43,783 bases of DNA. Source: an uncultured Bacilli bacterium (GTDB taxonomy: Bacteria; Bacillota_I; Bacilli_A; RF39; UBA660). Both the position numbers and the translations under genes were made by a program. The DNA is taken from positions 1 to 43,783 of the forward strand of contig CALVID010000005.1 of NCBI GenBank assembly GCA_944329355.1, in the 5' to 3' direction. The notes beneath the pieces are model-generated. The model worked only from the letters and a program-made list of their open reading frames with translations. It made no database searches and was not told the origin of the DNA. Below are positions 27,653 through 37,590 of this stretch, piece by piece. How positions within the stretch are numbered: the stretch's first letter is position 1; each line of letters opens with the position of its first letter.

Positions 27653-28782
27653 TTTAAATCTTCCTTTTTAATTGGGTTTAACAAGAAATGTATTATGGTT
27701 ACTATTAACATAAAGATACCTGATACGGTAAAAGTGGTTACAATATTTGAATTAAATAGGTTACTAATAAAGTTGATAATGTATGGTGATAAGAAAGCAC
27801 CTAACTGACCAGCACCATTAAATATAGCTATGGCTAAAGCACTTTTCGCAGCAATTACCATATTAGCTGAGAAGGTTATTCCAGCAGGGTTTCTGGTAGC
27901 AAAGGCAAAGCCTAATAAAGCAGAGCCTATAAAGATTAAAATTATTTGTTTAGTGGCGATTAAAAAGAATCCAATGGTAGCTATGGCACAAGCAAAGGTT
28001 AAAGTATTTGTTTTAAATATTTTAACTACTTTATTTAAGATAAAGCCAGCAAATAGACCTATTAGAGTATATATAGCTGTAACTAGGCCACTGATATCTG
28101 ATTTATAGCCTAGGTTTTCTAGTAATAAGGCAATACTGGTATTAAAGACGTTGATACTTATAAAGAATAGTATAGAAATTACGCCGAGAAGATAAATTCT
28201 TTTGGGTAACTTTTCTTTAGTTTGGCTTTCACTTTCGAGTTTATCATTTGGTAAAAAAGCTATATTTATTACAATGACTATAAGAGCTAGAAAGAAACAT
28301 AGATATGAATATGGCCAGTTTATTTTGGCTAGTAAGCCACTTAGGTATGAAAATAAGGTTCCACCAATACTGACAAATATTGATTGATAACCCATGACTT
28401 TCATTTTTTCTTCGCCATCAAAATAATAAGATATCATGGATGAACTGATAACATTTATTAGGCCAATTCCTAAACCGAGTAATATACTTGATACATATAA
28501 CTGCCATATATATCTATGGAATATATAGGTAAAGGCTCCACATAATGTAATTAATATTAAACCTATAATGCCAATATTTTTCATACTAATTTTTTTAGAT
28601 AAGGGGTTACATAAAAACATTGTTATTACGGAAAATAATGGTATTAAGGTAACTATTATTTGAATATTTTCTAATTTTTCATTTGGAAAACTATTATAGA
28701 TGTTTGCTACTATGGGGGTTAGGGCCATATATGATAATAAGAACATGCTTAAGGTCATAATGGCAATTAATTTTTTATTCAT
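27649..28782 (-). CDS. MFS-type transporter
   Basis: 377 aa with about 11-12 hydrophobic segments. It overlaps the downstream hydrolase gene by 4 nt. Confidence 0.7.
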   Translation of the reverse strand: MNKKLIAIMTLSMFLLSYMALTPIVANIYNSFPNEKLENIQIIVTLIPLFSVITMFLCNPLSKKISMKNIGIIGLILITLCGAFTYIFHRYIWQLYVSSILLGLGIGLINVISSSMISYYFDGEEKMKVMGYQSIFVSIGGTLFSYLSGLLAKINWPYSYLCFFLALIVIVINIAFLPNDKLESESQTKEKLPKRIYLLGVISILFFISINVFNTSIALLLENLGYKSDISGLVTAIYTLIGLFAGFILNKVVKIFKTNTLTFACAIATIGFFLIATKQIILIFIGSALLGFAFATRNPAGITFSANMVIAAKSALAIAIFNGAGQLGAFLSPYIINFISNLFNSNIVTTFTVSGIFMLIVTIIHFLLNPIKKEDLK

Positions 28783-28813
28783 ATTTTCAAAATAAAAAGC
28801 TTTAATAAGCCTT

Positions 28814-29257
28814 TTATTTTTCCCTTCTTGTATATTTTACTGATTTTTCATAACTTTTTAAAGCTACGTATGCTAATAAAGTAGAAACGATTACTCCTAA
28901 TGTAGCAAATATCAATGTGTTTTCCATTGTTTCTAAGGTTCTTAAATCAATATTTAATCCATTTATTAATACTCCAAAAGCGAATAAGAATCCTAAGATG
29001 GCAGCTACTAACACGTATGGTAAGTTTCTAATGAATGCTTTACCAATTGATAGTTTTCTATCTAATACTTTAGCTGTTCCTTTTAATACTATTACACCGT
29101 TTAATAAGGTTGGAATAGCGCAGCTCATGACACCACCTATTATATTAGGAATTTCGTTTTCGGGGTCAACTCCAACGACAGTAGTTAATACAAAGCCGAG
29201 AATAAATCCAACAACTACTCCAGGAAGTAATTGTTTTATAATATCTTTACCTTTCAT
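28814..29257 (-). CDS. small integral membrane protein
   Basis: 147 aa with 4 predicted TM segments. Confidence 0.55.
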   Translation of the reverse strand: MKGKDIIKQLLPGVVVGFILGFVLTTVVGVDPENEIPNIIGGVMSCAIPTLLNGVIVLKGTAKVLDRKLSIGKAFIRNLPYVLVAAILGFLFAFGVLINGLNIDLRTLETMENTLIFATLGVIVSTLLAYVALKSYEKSVKYTRREK

Positions 29258-29265
29258 AAGTCCTC

Positions 29266-30369
29266 CTAAAGTGATTTGAATACAGGTTTTCCTGTATAAA
29301 TCATCGGTTTTTCAAGGCCACTTAATACACGAATCGCGCCTGCAGATAGGGCTTCTAGTTCAAATTCTCCTGGCATAGATACGATTTTGGCCATGGTTTT
29401 ACAATATGATTTTATTTTATCTCTAACGTATTTATCGTTAGCTATTCCGCCAGTTAATATGATGGCTGAACAATTGCCTTTTAATGATGCATACATTGCA
29501 CCTATTTGTTTAATTATTTGATATATCATGGCATCTAAAATGATTTTAGCTTTTTGGTTGCCTTTATCAATCATTTTATGAACTTTTCTGATATCGTTGG
29601 TTCCAAGCCATGCGGTAAGACCTCCATTTTTACCGATAAAGCCTTTTATTTGTTCTAATGAATATTTATCATTCATACACATTTTTAAGACGGCTTTTGC
29701 TGGCAAGAAGCCACTTCTATTTGGAGTCATTGGGCCATCACCATTAACGATATCATTACAATCTATCATTTTACCTTTTCTATGGGCAGCTATGCTTATG
29801 CCACCACCTAAATGGCAAATGATAAGGTTTAAATCTTTATAGTTTTTGTCTATTTTTTTAGCATACCTAATAGCTATTTCTTTTTGGTTTAAAGCGTGAA
29901 TTCTAGATTCTCTATATACTCCAGGAATTCCAGTTATTCTAGCTTCAGTTATAAATTCGTCGACATCTGGTGGATTGACACAAAATGATGGTTTACCATA
30001 TTTATCACCTAAGTTTTTGGCTAAAACGATACCTAGAGCAGATGGATGTTTAACTATTTTCATCTCACTGGCACTTTTATACATTAACTGATTTATAATG
30101 TAAGTTCCACCTTGACATGGTTCTAGTGAGCCACCTCTACCTGAGAAGGCATCAATAGAATTTATGTCAATATTTTCTTTGTTTAAGGTGTCAATGACAG
30201 CTTTTAATCGGAATTCATACTGATCTTTAATGTCTGGATATGGTTTTAAATCTTCAGGGGTATGTTCGATTGATGTTTTGAAAATTACTTTTTCATTTTC
30301 AAACAAACCTATTTTAGTACTAGTACTTCCTGGGTTAATGGCTAAAACTATATATTTAGTTTTTGGCAT
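29266..30369 (-). CDS. buk: butyrate (short-chain acyl) kinase
   Basis: 367 aa. The N-terminus VLAINPGSTSTKIGLFE and its length fit the ASKHA acetate/butyrate kinase family. Confidence 0.85.
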   Translation of the reverse strand: MPKTKYIVLAINPGSTSTKIGLFENEKVIFKTSIEHTPEDLKPYPDIKDQYEFRLKAVIDTLNKENIDINSIDAFSGRGGSLEPCQGGTYIINQLMYKSASEMKIVKHPSALGIVLAKNLGDKYGKPSFCVNPPDVDEFITEARITGIPGVYRESRIHALNQKEIAIRYAKKIDKNYKDLNLIICHLGGGISIAAHRKGKMIDCNDIVNGDGPMTPNRSGFLPAKAVLKMCMNDKYSLEQIKGFIGKNGGLTAWLGTNDIRKVHKMIDKGNQKAKIILDAMIYQIIKQIGAMYASLKGNCSAIILTGGIANDKYVRDKIKSYCKTMAKIVSMPGEFELEALSAGAIRVLSGLEKPMIYTGKPVFKSL

Positions 30370-31378
30370 TTTCTTTATCTCCAGCTCTAACTACGGAAAT
30401 GGCTATATTTCCAACCATTTCAGATACTGGGGCACCTCTTGAACAATCACAGCAGATTTTTTTGAAACCTTGAAGTAATGGTCCGTAGGCATCGGCTCCA
30501 GCAAATCTTTGAATTAGTTTTACGCCAATATTTCCAGCGTTTAAATCTGGGAATATTAAAACGTTAGCCTCTCCAGCGACTTCGCTTTCTCTTTTTACTT
30601 TTTTAGCAGCAACTTCTGGTACTATAGCACTATCTAATTGAAATTCACCATCAATTTTTAAATCTGGTCTTTTTTCTTTGGCTATTTTAACAGCGTTTAC
30701 TACTTTATCTACAAGTTCACCACTTCCTGAACCACAGGTTGAATATGATAACATGGCACATTTTGGTTCAAAGCCAGTTACAGCTTTCATGGTATCACAG
30801 GCAGCTATAGCAATACTAGCTAGTTCGCTTGATGATGGATTTGGACATACGGCACAGTCGCCAACGGCTATTATATTTGATCCGTTTGCGAAGGTATAGT
30901 TTGGCATTTCAGCAATACCAATACTTGAGATAGTATCTAGGTTATCTTCTAGGCCGATTATAGTTTGAGCGGCATAGATAATTTCACCTGTACTACTATT
31001 GATACCAGCAAAGGTTACATCAACATCACCTACTGCTTCCATCATTAAAGCAAAGTTTAATGGGTCTTTCATTCTTCTAGTTAAAGATTTTTCTCCATAA
31101 ATGATATTAGGCAATTTTAGATATCTTTGTAAGACATCATTACTATATGTTTCATCTAAATTATCAACATATTTGAATTTAGAATCATCAATTTTATTTT
31201 CTTTGACTAAGGTTTTGACTTCTTCTATGTTTCCAACCACGATTGCTTCGGCATAGCCTTTATCTGATACTTCTTGCATAGCCGCAAGCATTTTTAGGTT
31301 ATTTGCTTCAGGAAAGGCTACCTTTTTAGGGTTAGCCTTCGCTTTAGCAAATATTTCATTCATTAATGTTTTTTCCAT
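30356..31378 (-). CDS. phosphate acetyl/butyryl-transferase (PTA_PTB family)
   Basis: 340 aa with AKANPKKVAFPEANNLKMLAA... It overlaps buk by 14 nt. Confidence 0.8.
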   Translation of the reverse strand: MEKTLMNEIFAKAKANPKKVAFPEANNLKMLAAMQEVSDKGYAEAIVVGNIEEVKTLVKENKIDDSKFKYVDNLDETYSNDVLQRYLKLPNIIYGEKSLTRRMKDPLNFALMMEAVGDVDVTFAGINSSTGEIIYAAQTIIGLEDNLDTISSIGIAEMPNYTFANGSNIIAVGDCAVCPNPSSSELASIAIAACDTMKAVTGFEPKCAMLSYSTCGSGSGELVDKVVNAVKIAKEKRPDLKIDGEFQLDSAIVPEVAAKKVKRESEVAGEANVLIFPDLNAGNIGVKLIQRFAGADAYGPLLQGFKKICCDCSRGAPVSEMVGNIAISVVRAGDKENAKN

Positions 31379-33174
31379 TATCTATAAATGTAATCTCCAT
31401 CTTCATAGCGTGGTGGAATTTCAGGTACTAATAGGTATGAGTCGTATTTTCCTCCTGTGTGGATAACGTGCTCACCCTTATTATCTGGGAACCATACTAA
31501 TGGTTCAAACCATTCATCTCTGATGTATCTTCCAGCTACTTGAACACGTAATTTTTGTCCTTTATGCCAGAATCTACTTAATGGCCAGATTTCAATATCG
31601 ACTGGAACGATTTCCCCTGGTTTTAGTTTTTCAGTTCTATCATGAGTATGAACTGGTTGATATTCGGTTGATTTTTCTTCATCTAGGTGTCTAGCAGATA
31701 CTCTAAGTTTACCCCAAGCACCTGGATGTCTTTCGGTACCAAATATTGTTACTGGAAGTTCTTCATCTTTAGTAGATAGTTTTTTGATGGTAATGAATAA
31801 ATCCATGTCATCATGACCTCTAGCTTCAACCCACATACGTAATTTCATATAACCTGTTAGTTCAGTATCTTTCCTAAAGGTATAATCGAATGTGGTTAGG
31901 CCAGTAGCTCCATCGTAACTTACTTCGGCTTCATTTTTAACTGGAGCGTCACCCAATTTACCAGTTGCGGCATTTAAGTATAGTTTTTTATACTGGGTTC
32001 TAGCAAGTGGAAACTCGTCTTCTGGTCTACCTGTTTGATATGGATATTCAAAGGCATCCATAACTTCCATTCTGATTTTTGGAGTTAATTCCCAGCCGTT
32101 ATAAATATCTTTTAGATAACGGTCAAAGAATAATTTTAAATCTAATAACCATTTTGGATTATAAGTGTCTGGCCATTCAAATACTTGGTGACATCTCATC
32201 CATTTTTTTCTAGATTTAATTTTATTGAATCCTTCCCAAGCTCCTCTTAGGTGGAAGTGATTCCAGTTACAAGTAGCATAGGTTGGTACAGTTATTTTTT
32301 CAAATTGTGGAATTTTATCTTGCCAGTATGGGCTTGTAACATATGGTTCTTTTTTAGCCATGGCTAAGGTATTATCAATGAATCCTTTACCTTGAGCGGC
32401 AACGACTATTGATCCACCAAATAGTCCTGGAATTCCACCCTCCATTATACTTTCTCTATATTGGTCGCCTGTTGCTTCCCATGGAGCAATACAAGTTAGG
32501 TGTGGTGGATTTTCAGCGGCGATTCTCCATTGACTCATGGCTACACCAGAGTTTCCGAATAATCCTACTTTACCTGTACACCATTTTTGCTGTGCGGCCC
32601 ATTCAACAAAGTCATAACCATCTCTACCTTCTTGGGTACCAAATTGAATTTGGTCGCCCTCTGAGTTTCCAATTCCTCTTGGGTCAACGTTAGCGACAGC
32701 GTATCCTTGGTAACACCAGAATAATGGGTCTGATGATTCAAATTTACATACTTTAGATACGGCACCTGTTGGTACGCCCATTGGTCTAAAGATTTGAACT
32801 GGTTGATGCCATGGTTGTTTTCCAAAGAATGACCAACTTATAATAAGTGGAACTGGTTCTTCCATGGCTGTTTTTGGCATATAAATATCAGCATAGATAG
32901 TTACACCATCACGCATTTTAACCGGTTGGTCTTGCAAGCATAATATTTTTTCTTCTTCATCAACAAAATATTCAGTGGTGTTTACTGGTACTTCTATGCA
33001 GTAGTTAGCCATTTCTTCACGAGGTAATTTCATATATTCCTCTTTTGGAATTGGCTGAGTTAGTTTTGAGAAGATTACGTCGCAAGATGTTCCATTTGGA
33101 TAAGTTACTTTGACAATTTTTTCTTCTCTTTTTGGCAATTCTTTTGGTAATGCCATATTGTTTTCTTCGTTCAT
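31378..33174 (-). CDS. CocE/NonD-family (S15 X-Pro dipeptidyl-peptidase-like) hydrolase
   Basis: 598 aa with YADIYMPK...PVPLII, VDPRGIGNSEG and FGNSGVAMSQW (nucleophile region), plus a large C-terminal beta domain. Confidence 0.75.
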   Translation of the reverse strand: MNEENNMALPKELPKREEKIVKVTYPNGTSCDVIFSKLTQPIPKEEYMKLPREEMANYCIEVPVNTTEYFVDEEEKILCLQDQPVKMRDGVTIYADIYMPKTAMEEPVPLIISWSFFGKQPWHQPVQIFRPMGVPTGAVSKVCKFESSDPLFWCYQGYAVANVDPRGIGNSEGDQIQFGTQEGRDGYDFVEWAAQQKWCTGKVGLFGNSGVAMSQWRIAAENPPHLTCIAPWEATGDQYRESIMEGGIPGLFGGSIVVAAQGKGFIDNTLAMAKKEPYVTSPYWQDKIPQFEKITVPTYATCNWNHFHLRGAWEGFNKIKSRKKWMRCHQVFEWPDTYNPKWLLDLKLFFDRYLKDIYNGWELTPKIRMEVMDAFEYPYQTGRPEDEFPLARTQYKKLYLNAATGKLGDAPVKNEAEVSYDGATGLTTFDYTFRKDTELTGYMKLRMWVEARGHDDMDLFITIKKLSTKDEELPVTIFGTERHPGAWGKLRVSARHLDEEKSTEYQPVHTHDRTEKLKPGEIVPVDIEIWPLSRFWHKGQKLRVQVAGRYIRDEWFEPLVWFPDNKGEHVIHTGGKYDSYLLVPEIPPRYEDGDYIYR

Positions 33175-33189
33175 ATAACCCCTTCTTTC

Positions 33190-33429
33190 TTATTCTACCA
33201 TTTTAGCGATTGCATCAGCAGCTTGGCCAATTGTTTCTGCGTGCATTAATTCTGTGTATTTGATATAGCAGTCGTATTCTTCTTCAAATTCAGAAATAAT
33301 ACCAGCAAGTTCAATGCTTTTAAGGTTTAAGTCTGTTTTGATGTTAGTATTTTCTGAAAGTGTTGATGGGTCGACACGCATTACTTTGGCAGTTTTTTCG
33401 ATAAGTTTTTTTAATATTTCATCACGCAT
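33190..33429 (-). CDS. acyl carrier protein-like
   Basis: 79 aa. TDLNLKSIELAGIISEFEEEYD aligns to the ACP pattern LGxDSLxxVELVxxxEEEF, with Ser in a KS context rather than DS. Confidence 0.7.
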   Translation of the reverse strand: MRDEILKKLIEKTAKVMRVDPSTLSENTNIKTDLNLKSIELAGIISEFEEEYDCYIKYTELMHAETIGQAADAIAKMVE

Positions 33430-33479
33430 AGTCTTTCTCCTTTCTTTAGAAGTGTGATATACTTAAGTAGGTGTTGTTT

Positions 33480-33824
33480 ATGATTAAAGGAATCGGATGT
33501 GATATTTTATCTATTTCTAGATTTAAAAATGTTCTTGAGACGACTCCTGCTTTACTTAAACGCTGCTTCAGTGAACGAGAAATAGATGAGTATCATAAAA
33601 GGAATGATATTGCCTATTTGGCTTCACGGTTTGCAGCTAAGGAAGCTATTGTTAAGTCTTTTACTAAGTATGATCACGATTTAAATTCTATTGAGATACT
33701 AAATGATGATTGTGGGAAACCGTATGTGGTTATCCAAAGTGAGATTAAGCCTGAGATATTTGTTTCAATTTCTTATGAAACAGAATATGTGATGGCTTAC
33801 GCGGTATTATCTAGTATCTTATAA
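33480..33824 (+). CDS. acpS: holo-[acyl-carrier-protein] synthase (4'-phosphopantetheinyl transferase)
   Basis: Contains MIKGIGCDILSISRF...FAAKEAIVKS...GKPY. It is divergent from the ACP gene. Confidence 0.85.
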   Translation: MIKGIGCDILSISRFKNVLETTPALLKRCFSEREIDEYHKRNDIAYLASRFAAKEAIVKSFTKYDHDLNSIEILNDDCGKPYVVIQSEIKPEIFVSISYETEYVMAYAVLSSIL

Positions 33825-34428
33825 TAATTATAACTTATTATGGGATTATCTTCAATCTATTTATGCATAAGAGTGCAAAAAAAATAAGCTACCTGTCAAA
33901 TAGCCTATTTTTTTGTGGATAAATTTAACTATATTTATACTGACAGATATAATTATAGTTATTATCAAGATTCCACATGTACGTACATTACTTAATAGCT
34001 TGATAACGATAGAAAAGTGAACAAAATAGTCATATTATAACCATAACTATTTGTAATTTGCTTCGTAAATTACTAAAAATTTACTGAAAAATAATTTTTA
34101 ATAAGTATACACAGATTAGAAATTATTAGTGCTGTTTTGTGACTATCCTATTAAGTACTTTCAATATATCATGGTTTTTGGAATAAAGCAAGTGATTTTG
34201 AATAATTTTATTTTTTATATGTAAAGTTTACTTGTTGAGATTAAATTTTTTGTTCCTTTGAACATACATATTGATAATTTTGTTAGTTGAAAGGAACATA
34301 GAAACACAATATAATTTAATTATAAAAAGAATGTTTACATATTTTTGTGCAAGCATTCTCTTATTTTTAAGGTGTTTTGCAGTATTTCAATTTTTTTATT
34401 TTCTGTTTTTTCTAAAATACCTTTATTA

Positions 34429-34655
34429 CCTTATTTTATAAGGCTTTATGCGTTCTTTCCGCAACATTTTTTATACTTCTTACCAGAGCCGCATGTTCAA
34501 GAAATCCAAGTATTTATGGTATTATTAGCATTTATGTAATTATTGGTATTTCAAGGCTTTATGGCACTGGTAACAAAAATATTTGTGGTATTTATAGTAC
34601 TAATAGTACTATGTTTATTTTATAATTTGAAAACAAATCGGAAATATTGTGTGCA
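34429..34655. repeat. att-like direct repeat, copy A
   Basis: Aligns with 36236-36453. It contains three TGGTATT motifs (34517, 34544, 34586), the palindrome AGTACTAATAGTACT (34596-34610), and a minus-strand 16-codon SEC-C-motif remnant (34446-34496). Confidence 0.8.
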
Positions 34656-34817
34656 AAACAAATTATATACAATGATTCTGTTTTGCACGCAAAAAAGATA
34701 TTACTGCAAACTCATGGTGCTATTGTATTAGGAAAGTTAGATTTATATTTTTAAATAATTACTTAGTTTTCCCTTTTGTTAAATTATTTTTTATAATATA
34801 TATATCAAATGTAAAAT

Positions 34818-35843
34818 TTACATTTTTTCTATATCTTTAGTCTCTTTTAACAATTTATCAAAATCAGAAACATAATTTTTATCTTGAATAATTTTGTATT
34901 TATCATACTCACCTTCAGCTTTTTTTACTGCCATTTTATGGGATATTTTACCTTTACCATCTAATACTTCATAATGAAATAATGTCAAAGCATTTTCTAC
35001 TTCTTTTTTCCAATCATTCATATACATTGGAATATTTCTTTCTGCATTATTTTCAGCAATATCAAGAAATAAGTTTACTAAATTATTTAAATTCTTAATT
35101 TCTTTTTCATCCAAGTAATTTTTAGCAATAGTAACATCAGATTTTAGTATCTTACCATTAGGAGAATTTTCCCATGTTGTAAGTCCCATGTTATCTTTTT
35201 TAGCATCCACCCTATTATAAATAATTTCGGCTGCTGTTTGGCCTGTGATAGCAAAATGAAACTTATTTTGAACCGTTTTATAAAATGTTATAGCTTCATC
35301 ACTATTCTTATCATAATCAATAGAACATTCAGCAAATATATCGGTAATCTTTTGATAAAACATCCTTTCACTTGTACGAATTAATTTAATTCTTTCAAGT
35401 AATCTTTGAAAATATTCTTGATCAGTTCTCCTTGCTTTCATAAATCTTTCATCATTTAAAGCAAAACCTTGAACCATATAATCTTTAATAATTTTATTAG
35501 CCCATGTTCTAAACTTAATTGCTTTTTTAGAATTAACTCTAAAACCAATAGAGATAATCATATCAAGATTATAATATGGATAAACTCTCTTAACCTCACG
35601 GTTACCTTCTTTTTGAACTTGTGCAATTTTTGCACAAGTTAAATTTTTTTCTAATTCTTTATCATTATAGATATTTTTAATATGACGAACAATACCACTT
35701 CTATCAATATTGAAAAGAGTTGCTAATGCTTCAGTATTTAACCAAACATCTTCATTTTTTAAAAGAACTTCAATTTTTATATTTCCTTCTTTATCGTTAT
35801 AAAACAAAATATTTTTTTCATTTCCTACTAATTTATCATTCAT
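34818..35843 (-). CDS. RhuM-family virulence/Fic-associated protein
   Basis: 341 aa with ILFYNDKEGNIKIEVLLKNEDVWLNTEALATLFNIDRSGIVRHIKNIY and YYNLDMIISIGFRVNSKKAIKFRTWA. Confidence 0.8.
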   Translation of the reverse strand: MNDKLVGNEKNILFYNDKEGNIKIEVLLKNEDVWLNTEALATLFNIDRSGIVRHIKNIYNDKELEKNLTCAKIAQVQKEGNREVKRVYPYYNLDMIISIGFRVNSKKAIKFRTWANKIIKDYMVQGFALNDERFMKARRTDQEYFQRLLERIKLIRTSERMFYQKITDIFAECSIDYDKNSDEAITFYKTVQNKFHFAITGQTAAEIIYNRVDAKKDNMGLTTWENSPNGKILKSDVTIAKNYLDEKEIKNLNNLVNLFLDIAENNAERNIPMYMNDWKKEVENALTLFHYEVLDGKGKISHKMAVKKAEGEYDKYKIIQDKNYVSDFDKLLKETKDIEKM

Positions 35844-35928
35844 TTTTTACACCCCCTTAACTTTTTTTAGTAATTAACTAATGATATTATACTATTTTTT
35901 ATTTTGTTTAACAATAATGATAATCAAT

Positions 35929-36018
35929 TTATATTGGTTTCCTTTTCCCATCTTGTGATGCTATTTCAAATTTGTACTGAAACACCTTTCCTCTTTTTAC
36001 TACATTTACTTTTCTCAT
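35929..36018 (-). pseudogene. 29-codon remnant of an integrase arm-binding N-terminus
   Basis: MRKVNVVKRGKVFQYKFEIASQDGKRKPI* has the KRGK..QY......DGKRK pattern of phage/ICE tyrosine-integrase N-termini. Confidence 0.55.
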
Positions 36019-36235
36019 TACACAATTCCTTACTCTATGTAAACGGAGTTATTTTAATAAAAAAAGCTAGCAAATGAATGCTAACTTTTTTGTTTCCAAA
36101 ATTATTTCCAAAATTTTTCCCTTATTTTATAAGGCTTTCCAGAGGTTTTGGTAACATCTTTTTTAATTTTGGAAACAAAACGGAAACAAATCGACGATTT
36201 TTTGTGATTTTTTGATTTTTAAAACCTTCGCAAAC

Positions 36236-36453
36236 CCTTATTTTATAAGCTATTTGCCACAACAATTTTTATATTTTTTTCCACTCCCACATGTTCAAGC
36301 AATCCAAGTATTTATAGTATTATCAGTATTTACGTAATTATTGGTATTTCAAGGCTTTGTGGCACTGGTAATAAAAATATTTGCGGTATTTATAGTACTA
36401 TGAGTACTATGTTTATTTTACTATTTGAAAACATTTTGGAAACATTGTGTGCA
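36236..36453. repeat. att-like direct repeat, copy B
   Basis: See copy A. The minus-strand remnant here reads TCGSGKKYKNCCGK*. Confidence 0.8.
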
Positions 36454-36703
36454 TCTGTTTACGTAATCTATTATAGCACATTTTTATTTAAAATCACTTC
36501 ATATTTAATTTTCTTATAATTGTTAGTCAAAAAAAGCATAACATAAATATTTTACTACGTTTTGAACATTTATATTTGTATCACATAAAAATATACTTGG
36601 TATACCATGTATATTAGCAATCTTCTTTTTATTAAAAAGTCGTAAAAAAAAAAGAAGATGTAATATTTGGACTTGTCAATAAAAAGTAGACAGTAAAAAA
36701 GAG

Positions 36704-37561
36704 TTATTTAAACCCTAGTTGAGTTCTATACTCAATTGGGGTTTTATAATTTAATGCATAACTTGGTCGATAATTATTGTTATCGTATATAATATCATCA
36801 ATAAATTCTTGAACTGTGTTATAATTATTAATGTCAAAGTCAATATACATTTCCTTTTTAATCCAGCCGTTTTTGGATTCGATTACTGGATTATCTGTAG
36901 GTGTGCCAGCTCTAGACATTGATCTGGTTATATTATAGGAATCAAATATATTGTTAAATGACGCTGAGGAATATATAATGCCTTGATCTGTGTGAACAAT
37001 GGTTTCTAGGTCTTTATATCCTCTTTTTATTTTGTTGTTTAACATATTCTTTACTGCTTTTTCATGATTCAACACTCCATTTCCGTACATTGTTTCTCTA
37101 ACATCCGAGCCAACTATTTCATTATTAAATACATCCAGATAAAATGTCCAATCATATTTTTTTCTTTTAAACCAAAATGAAGTAGTATCTGAAACTATTT
37201 TTTCAAATGGCCTTTTTGTTTTCCAATTATACCCAATTATATTTTCATATTTAACAGATTCTTCACCCGGTTTCTTATATTTATAATGTTTTGCTTTTGA
37301 TTTTATATTTAATATCTTACATACTTTATGTACTAAGTTATCTGATACAATCCATCCAGTTTCATCAACTATTATTTTTCTTATTCTATGATATCCATAA
37401 CTTGGTTTTCTTTTATGAATATTTTTTATTAATTCTCCTAAGTCTCTACGGTTAATCTCATATCTATTTAAAATGTTTCTTGTCTTAAGCCATTTATAAT
37501 AACCACTTCTTGAAATATTCATAATTTTACATAAAGATTTTATATTATACTCCTTACTCAA
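36704..37561 (-). CDS. IS3 transposase OrfB (rve/DDE integrase core)
   Basis: 285 aa from the first in-frame start (TTG, 37559-37561). The frame is open upstream to the slippery site at 37639-37645, so it is probably made as an OrfAB fusion by a -1 frameshift. Confidence 0.85.
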   Translation of the reverse strand: MSKEYNIKSLCKIMNISRSGYYKWLKTRNILNRYEINRRDLGELIKNIHKRKPSYGYHRIRKIIVDETGWIVSDNLVHKVCKILNIKSKAKHYKYKKPGEESVKYENIIGYNWKTKRPFEKIVSDTTSFWFKRKKYDWTFYLDVFNNEIVGSDVRETMYGNGVLNHEKAVKNMLNNKIKRGYKDLETIVHTDQGIIYSSASFNNIFDSYNITRSMSRAGTPTDNPVIESKNGWIKKEMYIDFDINNYNTVQEFIDDIIYDNNNYRPSYALNYKTPIEYRTQLGFK

Positions 37562-37590
37562 TATTTCGACTATTTCAAATTCCTTTTGTT

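Noticed and set aside
27578-32825. Antisense or alternative-frame ORFs in the GC-richer island (27578-27808, 27830-28108, 28202-28387, 28917-29279, 29597-29842, 30230-30442, 30678-30899, 32409-32693, 32565-32825)
   Set aside because: Each is nested within a longer ORF that has clear family motifs (MFS, Buk, Pta, CocE/NonD). The higher GC content reduces stop-codon frequency and creates spurious ORFs.
34446-34496. The SEC-C motif remnant as the end of a real gene read through TGA (genetic code 4 or selenocysteine-type recoding)
   Set aside because: All long ORFs in the window encode Trp with TGG and are intact under the standard code. Two in-frame TGAs occur within 60 nt upstream of the remnant, and the upstream translation (NTNNYINANNTINTWIS) looks non-coding. 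I treat it as a gene-end remnant within an att site.
34345-34731. Two 62-64 aa plus-strand ORFs (34345-34539, 34543-34731)
   Set aside because: They sit inside the att-like direct repeat and AT-rich spacer, have no RBS, and give low-complexity hydrophobic translations. The region is conserved as DNA (repeat copy B), not as protein.
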